Origin: Phyllobates terribilis
Taxonomy: Eukaryota
Length of the DNA: 64,000 nt
Assembly (NCBI RefSeq): GCF_046119375.1
Contig: NW_027364056.1
Span: forward strand, 62,001 to 126,000
Reading direction: 5' to 3'
The number at the start of each line of letters is the position of its first letter. Position 1 is the first letter of the stretch. Positions 15,001 through 27,356 of this stretch are shown piece after piece. The notes below the pieces were generated by a model that ran no database searches, was not told where the DNA came from, and was given only the letters and a program-made list of their open reading frames with translations. A program made the translations under genes and the position numbers.

Positions 15001-18000
15001 TCCTTCACCATCTTGGCAGTGATTAGTTGATTCTCCTTCACCATCTTGGCAGTGATTAGTTGATTCTCCTTCACCATCTTGGCAGTGATTAGTTGATTCT
15101 CCTTCACCATCTTGGCAGTGATTCTCCTTCACCATCTTGGCAGTGATTAGTTGATTCTCCTTCACCATCTTGGCAGTGATTAGTTGATTCTCCTTCACCA
15201 TCTTGGCAGTGATTCTCCTTCACCATCTTGGCAGTGATTAGTTGATTCTCCTTCACCATCTTGGCAGTGATTAGTTGATTCTCCTTCACCATCTTGGCAG
15301 TGATTAGTTGATTCTCCTTCACCATCTTGGCAGTGATTAGTTGATTCTCCTTCACCATCTTGGCAGTGATTAGTTGATTCTCCTTCACCATCTTGGCAGT
15401 GATTAGTTGATTCTCCTTCACCATCTTGGCAGTGATTCTCCTTCACCATCTTGGCAGTGATTAGTTGATTCTCCTTCACCATCTTGGCAGTGATTAGTTG
15501 ATTCTCCTTCACCATCTTGGCAGTGATTCTCCTTCACCATCTTGGCAGTGATTAGTTGATTCTCCTTCACCATCTTGGCAGTGATTAGTTGATTCTCCTT
15601 CACCATCTTGGCAGTGATTAGTTGATTCTCCTTCACCATCTTGGCAGTGATTAGTTGATTCTCCTTCACCATCTTGGCAGTGATTCTCCTTCACCATCTT
15701 GGCAGTGATTAGTTGATTCTCCTTCACCATCTTGGCAGTGATTAGTTGATTCTCCTTCACCATCTTGGCAGTGATTAGTTGATTCTCCTTCACCATCTTG
15801 GCAGTGATTAGTTGATTCTCCTTCACCATCTTGGCAGTGATTAGTTGATTCTTCTTCACCATCTTGGCAGTGATTAGTTGATTCTCCTTCACCATCTTGG
15901 CAGTGATTTTCCTTCACCATCTTGGCAGTGATTCTCCTTCACCATCTTGGCAGTGATTAGTTGATTCTCCTTCACCATCTTGGCAGTGATCAGTTGATTC
16001 TCCTTCACCATCTTGGCAGTGATTAGTTGATTCTCCTTCACAATCTTGGCAGTGATTAGTTGATTCTTCTTCACCATCTTGGCAGTGATTAGTTGATTCT
16101 CCTTCACCATCTTGGCAGTGATTCTCCTTCACCATCTTGGCAGTGATTAGTTGATTCTCCTTCACCATCTTGGCAGTGATTAGTTGATTCTCCTTCACCA
16201 TCTTGGCAGTGATTCTCCTTCACCATCTTGGCAGTGATTCTCCTTCACCATCTTGGCAGTGATTAGTTGATTCTTCTTCACCATCTTGGCAGTGATTAGT
16301 TGATTCTCCTTCACCATCTTGGCAGTGATTAGTTGATTCTCCTTCACCATCTTGGCAGTGATTAGTTGATTCTCCTTCACCATCTTGGCAGTTATTTTCC
16401 TTCACCATCTTGGCAGTGATTAGTTGATTCTCCTTCACCATCTTGGCAGTGATTCTCCTTCACCATCTTGGCAGTGATTAGTTGATTCTCCTTCACCATC
16501 TTGGCAGTGATTAGTTGATTCTCCTTCACCATCTTGGCAGTGATTAGTTGATTCTCCTTCACCATCTTGGCAGTGATTAGTTGATTCTCCTTCACCATCT
16601 TGGCAGTGATTCTCCTTCACCATCTTGGCAGTGATTAGTTGATTCTCCTTCACCATCTTGGCAGTGATTAGTTGATTCTCCTTCACCATCTTGGCAGTGA
16701 TTAGTTGATTCTCCTTCACCATCTTGGCAGTGATTAGTTGATTCTCCTTCACCATCTTGGCAGTGATTAGTTGATTCTTCTTCACCATCTTGGCAGTGAT
16801 TAGTTGATTCTCCTTCACCATCTTGGCAGTGATTCTCCTTCACCATCTTGGCAGTGATTCTCCTTCACCATCTTGGCAGTGATTAGTTGATTCTCCTTCA
16901 CCATCTTGGCAGTGATTAGTTGATTCTCCTTCACCATCTTGGCAGTGATTCTCCTTCACCATCTTGGCAGTGATTAGTTGATTCTCCTTCACCATCTTGG
17001 CAGTGATTAGTTGATTCTCCTTCACCATCTTGGCAGTGATTCTCCTTCACCATCTTGGCAGTGATTAGTTGATTCTCCTTCACCATCTTGGCAGTGATCA
17101 GTTGATTCTCCTTCACCATCTTGGCAGTTATTTTCCTTCACCATCTTGGCAGTGATTAGTTGATTTTCCTTCACCATCTTGGCAGTGATTAGTTGATTCT
17201 CCTTCACCATCTTGGCAGTGATTAGTTGATTCTCCTTCACCATCTTGGCAGTGATTAGTTGATTCTCCTTCACCATCTTGGCAGTGATTATTTGATTCTC
17301 CTTCACCATCTCGGCAGTGATTAGTTGATTCTCCTTCACCATCTTGGCAGTGATTCTCCTTCACCATCTTGGCAGTGATTAGTTGATTCTCCTTCACCAT
17401 CTTGGCAGTGATTCTCCTTCACCATCTTGGCAGTGATTAGTTGATTCTCCTTCACCATCTTGGCAGTGATTAGTTGATTCTCCTTCACCATCTTGGCAGT
17501 GATTAGTTGATTCTCCTTCACCATCTTGGCAGTGATTAGTTGATTCTCCTTCACCATCTTGGCAGTGATTAGTTGATTCTCCTTCACCATCTTGGCAGTG
17601 ATTCTCCTTCACCATCTTGGCAGTGATTAGTTGATTCTCCTTCACCATCTTGGCAGTGATTAGTTGATTCTCCTTCACCATCTTGGCAGTGATTCTCCTT
17701 CACCATCTTGGCAGTGATTAGTTGATTCTCCTTCACCATCTTGGCAGTAATTAGTTGATTCTCCTTCACCATCTTGGCAGTGATTCTCCTTCACCATCTT
17801 GGCAGTGATTAGTTGATTCTCCTTCACCATCTTGGCAGTGATGAGTTGATTCTCCTTCACCATCTTGGCAGTGATTTGACTTCACCATCTTGGCAGTGAT
17901 TAGTTGATTCTCCTTCACCATCTTGGCAGTGATTAGTTGATTCTCCTTCACCATCTTGGCAGTGATTAGTTGATTCTCCTTCACCATCTTGACAGTGATT

Positions 18001-21000
18001 AGTTGATTCTCCTTCACCATCTTGGCAGTGATTAGTTGATTCTCCTTCACCATCTTGGCAGTGATTATTTGATTCTCCTTCACCATCTTGGCAGTGATTA
18101 GTTGATTCTCCTTCACCATCTTGGCAGTGATTAGTTGATTCTCCTTCACCATCTTGGCAGTGATTAGTTGATTCTCCTTCACCATCTTGGCAGTGATTCT
18201 CCTTCACCATCTTGGTAGTGATTAGTTGATTCTCCTTCACCATCTTGGCAGTGATTAGTTGATTCTCCTTCACCATCTTGGCAGTGATTCTCCTTCACCA
18301 TCTTGGCAGTGATTAGTTGATTCTCCTTCACCATCTTGGCAGTGATTAGTTGATTCTCCTTCACTATCTTGGCAGTGATTAGTTGATTCTCCTTCACCAT
18401 CTTGGCAGTGATTAGTTGATTGTCCTTCACCATCTTGTCAGTGATTAGTTGATTCTCCTTCACCATCTTGGCGGTGATTAGTTGATTCTCCTTCACCATC
18501 TTGGCAGTGATTCTCCTTCACCATCTTGGCAGTGATTAGTTGATTCTCCTTCACCATCTTGGCAGTGATTAGTTGATTCTCCTTCACCATCTTGGCAGTG
18601 ATTCTCCTTCACCATCTTGGCAGTGATTAGTTGATTCTCCTTCACCATCTTGGCAGTGATTAGTTGATTCTCCTTCACCATCTTGGCAGTGATTAGTTGA
18701 TTCTCCTTCACCATCTTGGCAGTGATTAGTTGATTCTCCTTCACCATCTTGGCAGTGATTAGTTGATTCTCCTTCACCATCTTGGCAGTGATTCTCCTTC
18801 ACCATCTTGGCAGTGATTAGTTGATTCTGCTTCACCATCTTGGCAGTGATTAGTTGATTCTCCTTCACCATCTTGGCAGTGATTAGTTGATTCTCCTTCA
18901 CTATCCTGGCAGTGATTAGTTGATTCTCCTTCACCATCTTGGCAGTGATTAGTTAATTCTCCTTCACCATCTTGGCAGTGATTAGTTGATTCTCCTTCAC
19001 CATCTTGGCAGTGATTAGTTGATTCTCCTTCACCATCTTGGCAGTGATCAGTTGATTCTCCTTCACCATCTTGGCAGTGATTTTCCTTCACCATCTTGGC
19101 AGTGATTAGTTGATTTTCCTTCACCATCTTGGCAGTGATTAGTTGATTCTCCTTCACCATCTTGGCAGTGATTAGTTGATTCTCCTTCACCATCTTTGAA
19201 GTGATTAGTTGATTCTCCTTCACCATCTTGGCAGTGATTAGTTGATTCTCCTTCACCATCTCGGCAGTGATTAGTTGATTCTCCTTCACCATCTTGGCAG
19301 TGATTAGTTGATTCTCCTTCACCATCTTGGCAGTGATTCTCCTTCACCATCTTGGCAGTGATTAGTTGATTCTCCTTCACCATCTTGGCAGTGATTAGTT
19401 GATTCTCCTTCACCATCTTGGCAGTGATTCTCCTTCACCATCTTGGCAGTGATTAGTTGATTCTCCTTCACCATCTTGGCAGTAATTAGTTGATTCTCCT
19501 TCACCATCTTGGCAGTGATTCTCCTTCACCATCTTGGCAGTGATTAGTTGATTCTCCTTCACCATCTTGGCAGTGATCAGTTGATTCTCCTTCACCATCT
19601 TGGCAGTGATTTTCCTTCACCATCTTGGCAGTGATTAGTTGATTCTCCTTCACCATCTTGGCAGTGATTAGTTGATTCTCCTTCACCATCTTGGCAGTGA
19701 TTAGTTGATTCTCCTTCACCATCTTGGCAGTGATTAGTTGATTCTCCTTCACCATCTTGGCAGTGATTAGTTGATTCTCCTTCACCATCTTGGCAGTGAT
19801 TAGTTGATTCTCCTTCACCATCTTGGCAGTGATAAGTTGATTCTCCTTCACCATCTTGGCAGTGATTCTCCTTCACCATCTTGGCAGTGATTAGTTGATT
19901 CTCCTTCACCATCTTGGCAGTGATTAGTTGATTCTCCTTCACCATCTTGGCAGTGATTCTCCTTCACCATCTTGGCAGTGATTAGTTGATTCTCCTTCAC
20001 CATCTTGGCAGTGATCAGTTGATTCTCCTTCACCATCTTGGCAGTGATTTTCCTTCACCATCTTGGCAGTGATTAGTTGATTTTCCTTCACCATCTTGGC
20101 AGTGATTAATTGATTCTCCTTCACCATCTTGGCAGTGATTAGTTGATTCTCCTTCACCATCTTGGCAGTGATTAGTTGATTCTCCTTCACCATCTTGGCA
20201 GTGATTAGTTGATTCTCCTTCACCATCTTGGCAGTGATTAGTTGATTCTCCTTCACCATCTTGGCAGTGATTCTCCTTCACCATCTTGGCAGTGATTAGT
20301 TGATTCTCCTTCACCATCTTGGCAGTGATTAGTTGATTCTCCTTCACCATCTTGGCAGTGATTCTCCTTCACCATCTTGGCAGTGATTAGTTGATTCTCC
20401 TTCACCATCTTGGCAGTGATTAGTTGATTCTCCTTCACCATCTTGGCAGTGATTAGTTGATTCTCCTTCACCATCTTGGCAGTGATTAGTTGATTCTCCT
20501 TCACCATCTTGGCAGTGATTAGTTGATTCTCCTTCACCATCTTGGCAGTGATTAGTTGATTCTCCTTCACCATCTTGGCAGTGATTCTCCTTCACCATCT
20601 TGGCAGTGATTAGTTGATTCTCCTTCACCATCTTGGCAGTGATTAGTTGATTCTCCTTCACCATCTTGGCAGTGATTCTCCTTCACCATCTTGGCAGTGA
20701 TTAGTTGATTCTCCTTCACCATCTTGGCAGTGATTAGTTGATTCTCCTTCACCATCTTGGCAGTGATTAGTTGATTCTCCTTCACCATCTTGGCAGTGAT
20801 TAGTTGATTCTCCTTCACCATCTTGGCAGTGATTCTCCTTCACCATCTTGGCAGTGATTAGTTGATTCTCCTTCACCATCTTGGCAGTGATTAGTTGATT
20901 CTCCTTCACCATCTTGGCAGTGATTAGTTGATTCTCCTTCACCATCTTGGCAGTGATTAGTTGATTCTCCTTCACCATCTTGGCAGTGATTAGTTGATTC

Positions 21001-23433
21001 TTCTTCACCATCTTGGCAGTGATTAGTTGATTCTCCTTCACCATCTTGGCAGTGATTCTCCTTCACCATCTTGGCAGTGATTCTCCTTCACCATCTTGGC
21101 AGTGATTAGTTGATTCTCCTTCACCATCTTGGCAGTGATTCTCCTTCACCATCTTGGCAGTGATTAGTTGATTCTCCTTCACCATCTTGGCAGTGATTAG
21201 TTGATTCTCCTTCACCATCTTGGCAGTGATTAGTTGATTCTCCTTCACCATCTTGGCAGTGATTAGTTGATTCTCCTTCACCATCTTGGCAGTGATTAGT
21301 TGATTCTTCTTCACCATCTTGGCAGTGATTAGTTGATTCTCCTTCACCATCTTGGCAGTGATTTTCCTTCACCATCTTGGCAGTGATTCTCCTTCACCAT
21401 CTTGGCAGTGATTAGTTGATTCTCCTTCTCCATCTTGGCAGTGATCAGTTGATTCTCCTTCACCATCTTGGCAGTGATTAGTTGATTCTCCTTCACAATC
21501 TTGGCAGTGATTAGTTGATTCTTCTTCACCATCTTGGCAGTGATTAGTTGATTCTCCTTCACCATCTTGGCAGTGATTCTCCTTCACCATCTTGGCAGTG
21601 ATTAGTTGATTCTCCTTCACCATCTTGGCAGTGATTAGTTGATTCTCCTTCACCATCTTGGCAGTGATTCTCCTTCACCATCTTGGCAGTGATTCTCCTT
21701 CACCATCTTGGCAGTGATTAGTTGATTCTTCTTCACCATCTTGGCAGTGATTAGTTGATTCTCCTTCACCATCTTGGCAGTGATTAGTTGATTCTCCTTC
21801 ACCATCTTGGCAGTGATTAGTTGATTCTCCTTCACCATCTTGGCAGTTATTTTCCTTCACCATCTTGGCAGTGATTAGTTGATTCTCCTTCACCATCTTG
21901 GCAGTGATTCTCCTTCACCATCTTGGCAGTGATTAGTTGATTCTCCTTCACCATCTTGGCAGTGATTAGTTGATTCTCCTTCACCATCTTGGCAGTGATT
22001 AGTTGATTCTCCTTCACCATCTTGGCAGTGATTAGTTGATTCTCCTTCACCATCTTGGCAGTGATTCTCCTTCACCATCTTGGCAGTGATTAGTTGATTC
22101 TCCTTCACCATCTTGGCAGTGATTAGTTGATTCTCCTTCACCATCTTGGCAGTGATTAGTTGATTCTCCTTCACCATCTTGGCAGTGATTAGTTGATTCT
22201 CCTTCACCATCTTGGCAGTGATTAGTTGATTCTTCTTCACCATCTTGGCAGTGATTAGTTGATTCTCCTTCACCATCTTGGCAGTGATTCTCCTTCACCA
22301 TCTTGGCAGTGATTCTCCTTCACCATCTTGGCAGTGATTAGTTGATTCTCCTTCACCATCTTGGCAGTGATTAGTTGATTCTCCTTCACCATCTTGGCAG
22401 TGATTCTCCTTCACCATCTTGGCAGTGATTAGTTGATTCTCCTTCACCATCTTGGCAGTGATTAGTTGATTCTCCTTCACCATCTTGGCAGTGATTAGTT
22501 GATTCTCCTTCACCATCTTGGCAGTGATTAGTTGATTCTCCTTCACCATCTTGGCAGTGATTAGTTGATTCTTCTTCACCATCTTGGCAGTGATTAGTTG
22601 ATTCTCCTTCACCATCTTGGCAGTGATTTTCCTTCACCATCTTGGCAGTGATTCTCCTTCACCATCTTGGCAGTGATTAGTTGATTCTCGTTCACCATCT
22701 TGGCAGTGATCAGTTGATTCTCCTTCACCATCTTGGCAGTGATTAGTTGATTCTCCTTCACCATCTTGGCAGTGATTAGTTGATTCTTCTTCACCATCTT
22801 GGCAGTGATTAGTTGATTCTCCTTCACCATCTTGGCAGTGATTCTCCTTCACCATCTTGGCAGTGATTAGTTGATTCTCCTTCACCATCTTGGCAGTGAT
22901 TAGTTGATTCTCCTTCACCATCTTGGCAGTGATTCTCCTTCACCATCTTGGCAGTGATTAGTTGATTCTTCTTCACCATCTTGGCAGTGATTAGTTGATT
23001 CTCCTTCACCATCTTGGCAGTGATTAGTTGATTCTCCTTCACCATCTTGGCAGTGAATAGTTGATTCTCCTTCACCATCTTGGCAGTGATTCTCCTTCAC
23101 CATCTTGGCAGTTATTTTCCTTCACCATCTTGGCAGTGATTAGTTGATTCTCCTTCACCATCTTGGCAGTGATTAGTTGATTCTTCTTCACCATCCTGGC
23201 AGTGATTCTTCTTCACCATCCTGGCAGTGATTCTTCTTCACCATCCTGGCAGTGATTCTTCTTCACCATCCTGGCAGTGATTCTTCTTCACCATCCTGGC
23301 AGTGATTCTTCTTCACCATCCTGGCAGTGATTCTTCTTCACCATCCTGGCAGTGATTCTTCTTCACCATCCTGGCAGTGATTCTTCTTCACCATCCTGGC
23401 AGTGATTCTTCTTCACCATCTTGGCAGTGATTA
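1..23433. repeat. Tandem satellite of interspersed 33-bp and 25-bp units (TTCTCCTTCACCATCTTGGCAGTGA with or without TTAGTTGA), roughly 750 units, continuing beyond the left edge
   Basis: Unit read directly. The 33-bp unit translates as MVKENQLITAK on the minus strand and the 25-bp unit shifts the frame, which produces the many overlapping ORFs in the track. The array ends at about 23433, where unique sequence (GGCAGCTGTGGCACC) begins. Confidence 0.99.
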
Positions 23434-23523
23434 GTTGGCAGCTGTGGCACCACGGTCAGATTTTACTTTACACTTTAGACTCTTCCAGAAGGGAGACATG
23501 TCGGACACTTTCCTGGGTGTGTT

Positions 23524-23537
23524 CTGCCACCTGGTGG
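23524..23537 (-). promoter_or_regulatory. Candidate CTCF site CCACCAGGTGGCAG
   Basis: The reverse complement of ctgccacctggtgg matches the CTCF core consensus CCASYAGRKGGCRS at every position. It lies about 90 bp from the satellite edge. Motif match only. Confidence 0.55.
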
Positions 23538-23789
23538 TAATTTCTCATATATACAGTTTGGGCTTGATCACTTGATGGTTGTGTGTTTGTCAGATCCCTT
23601 CTGTGACCCATTGTTGTGATCATATGCTTTGGGATTTTGCCGCTTTAATAAACTGGAAATCTGTGCAATACTTCAAAGACGACGCTCAACCAAAAACAGT
23701 AGGTGAAATAAAGCAAGGATTATTTCTAGAGCCAATTGAGAAAGGATCAAGGTTGGGGAAAAGGTTGGAAGACAGAAGACGGGGGCAGC

Positions 23790-24622
23790 AGGAAGGGCTG
23801 GAGACGGAGGAGTAAGAAAGGAAGGACGGGGCAGAGGTAGTAGGACGAGGCCACAGGAAGAAGTAAGGATGGGTTGTAGCGGAGGGAGGAAGTATGGAGG
23901 ACAGGGGAGGAAAGAAAAGGTAGAGGATGAAGGAAGGATAGGAGGCAGAGGAAGGATGGGAGGCAGAGGAAGAAGGAAAAATGGGGTCAGAGAGGGAAGG
24001 AAGGACCGAGACAGAGAAAGAAGTACGGACGATTGACAAAAGAGGAATGAAGGACGGGACAGAGGATTAAGGATGTGGGATGGGACAGAGGAGGAAAAAT
24101 TGACGAAGGGCAGAGGAGGGAGGAAGAAGGGGGCAGAAAAGGAAGGAAAGATGGGATGGAGGAAGCACAGACAGAGGCAGACTAGGAAAATGGTGGACAG
24201 AGGAAGAAAGACGAGTTGCAGAGGAAGAAGAAATGATGGAGGGGCAGACGAAGAAGGAAAGATGGGGCAGAGAAGAAAGAAAAAAAAGATGGTCGATGAT
24301 GAAGGTTGGGTGACGGGACAGAGAAGGAAAGATGGATGGGTGACAGAAGTGACAGGAAGGACGGGGCAGAAGGGGAAGGAACGACGAGGTAGAAAAGGGA
24401 GGAAGACACAAAAGAAAAGGAAAGGATGAGGGCACAGGAAGAAGTAAGGTTGGGAGCAGAGGAAGAAGGAAGGACGTGGAAAGAGGATGAAGATCAGGGG
24501 ATGGGGTAGAGAAGGAAGGATTGGTGGGTGGCAGAGGAGGGATGAAGACCAAGAGGCAGAAGAGGAAAGTATGGGGGCAGAGGATGAAGGAATGATGTGG
24601 GAATAAGACAAAGGAAGGATGG
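23790..24622 (+). repeat. Polypurine (G/A-rich) degenerate repeat, part 1
   Basis: Strong purine strand bias with a recurring GGGGCAGAGG(A)GGAAGGAAGGATG-like motif. The same sequence type resumes at 29129 and 30759 after the LTR insertions. Confidence 0.9.
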
Positions 24623-25898
24623 TGTGGTGTCCCTGCGGGTTCGGTCGCCACAGAGGTACTGCATCTCACCCAGAGGTGTGGTACTCCACTCTCAGGTAAG
24701 GAGGGAGTGCTACCCGGGACCCCAACACCTGCATCCAACACTACACCATTCCAGACTAGAAGGCAAGGCTAGATGCACGTATCCTCTGCTGAGCCCTGTC
24801 CCTGGTTGGAAGGGGGGAACCAAGAGAGGGGGAACCATGTAGTGGGTGTGGGTGGAGGAAGAAGTTCAGGGGAGCACAGTCAGGAGGAGTATAAGAAGAA
24901 AGGGAACCATCTAGAAGTAGGGCAGTCAGAGCGAGTCCTGACAAGGAGAGCAGGGTAGGAGGTCCAGGCTCCTGGCTCCAGTGTTTGGAGCAGGAGTTGA
25001 GAGAAGAGAGGAGAGCGGGCCTAGTCTGAGAGGCCCAGGAAAGAGAGAGAGAGGACGGGAGCAGAGGGAAGGCTCCATAGACAGAGGGGATCCCAGCGGC
25101 ACGGGGAGTGCAGGAAGCCACCCGTGCACCCAAATCTACACGGACGTGGAGGGATCAGGCCGCAGAGAGGACCGGCCCCTAAACTAGTGGAGAACAATCA
25201 GGCTCAGCTAGATAACCGGAGGCTGCTGTACTTGCAAGGTGCAGCTGCCAACAGCCACAATTATATCGCCGAAAAGGTGGCCGCATAGGGTCCAGGGGAC
25301 TGCACGTCGCCCGAAAAGACCCGAGGCTACCGGATTGGGACACTGATTGTGAGGCGCAGGGCAGGAGGGTGAGAGCCAGCGCAGGAAGACGACCAGGAAG
25401 GAACATAGAACAGGGTCCAGTTTAAGTACTCCTGAGAGACTTGAGAGCTGCTGAACCCCTTCCCTGGTGAACACAGGACGACGTGGGCGGTTATAATCCG
25501 GAAAGTGTAACCTGAGGAACTTAACAACTGTGAGTAAACCTTGAAGAGTGCACCCCACTGTGTCCTGGAATTATTGCTGCGCCATCACACAGCACCAGCA
25601 CCATCTACCTCATAACATCACTATATCCTGCCCTGGAGCTAAGCTCTGCCTGTGGAGAGCTGAACCAACTCTGCTGCGTCACCATCAGCTCCAGAGGACC
25701 TGCTCCGCAGCGGCGGCTCCATATAGCCGCATACCACAGGTGGCGTCACGAACATTATCTATAAAAACTTTATTCCCCCTTTTTCTTTTCCCCTTTAATT
25801 GAGCACCCTGGGTCACGGACTGGGTCACTGCCACTGTGACATCCCCCAGCATCGACCGGCCCGACTACCGAGTACCCCACGGCCCAGGGGGCGCGTCT
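24623..25898 (+). mobile_element. 5' LTR
   Basis: Colinear with 27912-29128. Starts TGTGGTGTCCCTGCGGGTTCGGTCGCCACAG and ends ...GGCCCAGGGGGCGCGTC(T). Carries a ~75-bp segment (~25180-25255) absent from the 3' LTR. The right boundary is uncertain by about 2 bp. Confidence 0.88.
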
Positions 25899-25902
25899 TA
25901 CT

Positions 25903-25920
25903 TGGCGTCACAAACAGGAT
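25903..25920 (+). promoter_or_regulatory. Primer binding site, tRNA-Ser(CGA) type (TGGCGTCACAAACAGGAT)
   Basis: Starts with TGG a few nt after the 5' LTR. It is 17/18 complementary to the 3' end of a vertebrate tRNA-Ser(CGA) (...ATCCTGTTCGTGACGCCA, recalled rather than looked up). Confidence 0.8.
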
Positions 25921-26249
25921 GAACCGACCCGTTATCACAGGTCCCGATCGCCTATAGACTGTGCTTTGATACTGAATGTGGCACCCGCCCCAGAAGAATG
26001 GGCGCCATTATGTGTGTGATCAAGGACGACAAGAAACCTCCCATCGTGGGCCGGGTCACATAATGGCGCCAAAAGCAGAGCCCGCCCCATGCACCTGTGG
26101 CCATATACCTAGACGTGTCCATCAGTCTGGGGAAGCCGTCCCCAGGTGTGGCCGACAGCAAGCTGCCATGGAACCGCCCCAGAAAGGGGAGAAGAAAAAT
26201 CTAACAGACAGGGTGGGGCCTCCAGCAGAGCAGACACTCGGCAGGCGAT

Positions 26250-27356
26250 ATGGACGGAGACCTGCCTCAGACTCCGATCCTTGGCCTGCAACCTACTGCA
26301 TCATCCCTCAACCTGGAGGGGGTCCTAACCAAGTTGTCCCTGGAGGATACGGGGTTCCTCCGCAATAAGGTACAGGAGCTGGGCCGGCGGATGGAAGAGG
26401 CCGAGCAGGCCGCCGTCGTGCTGTGGAAAGAAGAGCTGCTGGAGAAGCTGATGACCCGGGAACAGCAGGCTGAGCAGCGTTCCACCGACAGCATCCCAGC
26501 CCCGGCGGAGCCTCTCCTGGACCTGGAGGCGACATGCAGTGCCGGAGCGGCCGCAGGAGCAGGTAACGACGACACCCCTGCCCCGGGCACTAACCTGCTC
26601 CTTGGCTCCCTACAGGAACCTCCTTCCCAGGGTGCTGACAACGCTAACCTGCTCCTGGGCCTCCTACAGGAACCCACTGCCCCCACACCCGAATGGGTGT
26701 ACTGGTGCCCCAAATGGGACTGGTCCGAGAAATATGAGGATCAGCAGGAAGCCCCTCTGCAACCCACGCCCGTGCCCCCTGTCACCTGTAAAGGAGATGG
26801 AGAGGAGTACAGGTGGGATAACCCGGAGGGTGATCTCATGGGGTTCCCGCGGGAGACCCAAGCTGAGGCCCTCAGAAGGGAGCAGTACTGCGAGCGGGAG
26901 CTCCGGGAGCTGGCAGCGGAGCGCAAGGAGCGACAGGAGAGGTGGGAAAGGATGGAGGCCAGCAATATGCAGGAAAAGACCCGGGCCCTCAAGACCAAGT
27001 CCGCCACACCCAGTCCACGCGCCGAGGGGCCTGTGGTTAAATTCGATCTGGATGCCGGATGGGGCTTCATTAGGGAGCCGCAATTGGCTAAGGACTTTTT
27101 CGTTAACCAGCACGACGTGGAGTCCCATCTCCAACAGGGACATCCCGGCCGGGATCTATACCCTAGTGACAGGGTCACCTATACCCGGTACAAGGGAGAG
27201 CATGGATGGTATGCTCTACCCAGGGTACACAGGGTGGAGGAGGAGGAGAGTATGCCCTCGCCATCTGAAGAAGATGACCCGGCTGGGCCATCTAGTGGTG
27301 GGCAAATGTTCCCCCGGGGGGAATACCACTACTTACTACTTCCTTTAAAAAGATAA
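26250..27356 (+). CDS. Retroelement-encoded 368-aa protein: N-terminal coiled coil, Pro-rich linker, second charged coiled coil, C-terminal cold-shock domain (Y-box-like OB fold)
   Basis: Uninterrupted non-repetitive ORF. Segment 27021-27236 reads EGPVVKFDLDAGWGFIREPQLAKDFFVNQHDV...RDLYPSDRVTYTRYKGEHGWYALPRV and aligns by eye with the YB-1 CSD ([31 protein letters not shown]...[25 protein letters not shown]), including RNP1 (GWGFI) and RNP2 (FFVNQ). No CCHC knuckle. Confidence 0.75.
   Translation: MDGDLPQTPILGLQPTASSLNLEGVLTKLSLEDTGFLRNKVQELGRRMEEAEQAAVVLWKEELLEKLMTREQQAEQRSTDSIPAPAEPLLDLEATCSAGAAAGAGNDDTPAPGTNLLLGSLQEPPSQGADNANLLLGLLQEPTAPTPEWVYWCPKWDWSEKYEDQQEAPLQPTPVPPVTCKGDGEEYRWDNPEGDLMGFPRETQAEALRREQYCERELRELAAERKERQERWERMEASNMQEKTRALKTKSATPSPRAEGPVVKFDLDAGWGFIREPQLAKDFFVNQHDVESHLQQGHPGRDLYPSDRVTYTRYKGEHGWYALPRVHRVEEEESMPSPSEEDDPAGPSSGGQMFPRGEYHYLLLPLKR

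Noticed and set aside
7-23103. More than 100 minus-strand ORFs made of MVKENQLITAK / STNHCQDGEGE repeats
   Set aside because: These are translations of the 33-bp unit. The 25-bp units break the frame irregularly, and the third frame stops (PRW*). There is no frame conservation and no unique N- or C-terminus.
1-23433. CRISPR-like appearance of short regularly spaced repeats
   Set aside because: There are no unique spacers (the 8-bp insert is invariant), no cas genes, and the context is eukaryotic.
23579-23815. Possible small exon or ORF (…FKDDAQPKTVGEIKQGLFLEPIEKG…) with nearby AATAAA hexamers
   Set aside because: No recognisable homology or paired splice sites, and it runs into low-complexity sequence.
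23673-24741. Ser/Pro/Phe/Leu-rich and Arg/Lys/Gly-rich ORFs
   Set aside because: Compositional artefacts of the polypurine/polypyrimidine tract.
26539-27348. 269-aa alternative-frame ORF overlapping the CSD ORF
   Set aside because: GC-rich shadow frame with no recognisable motif.
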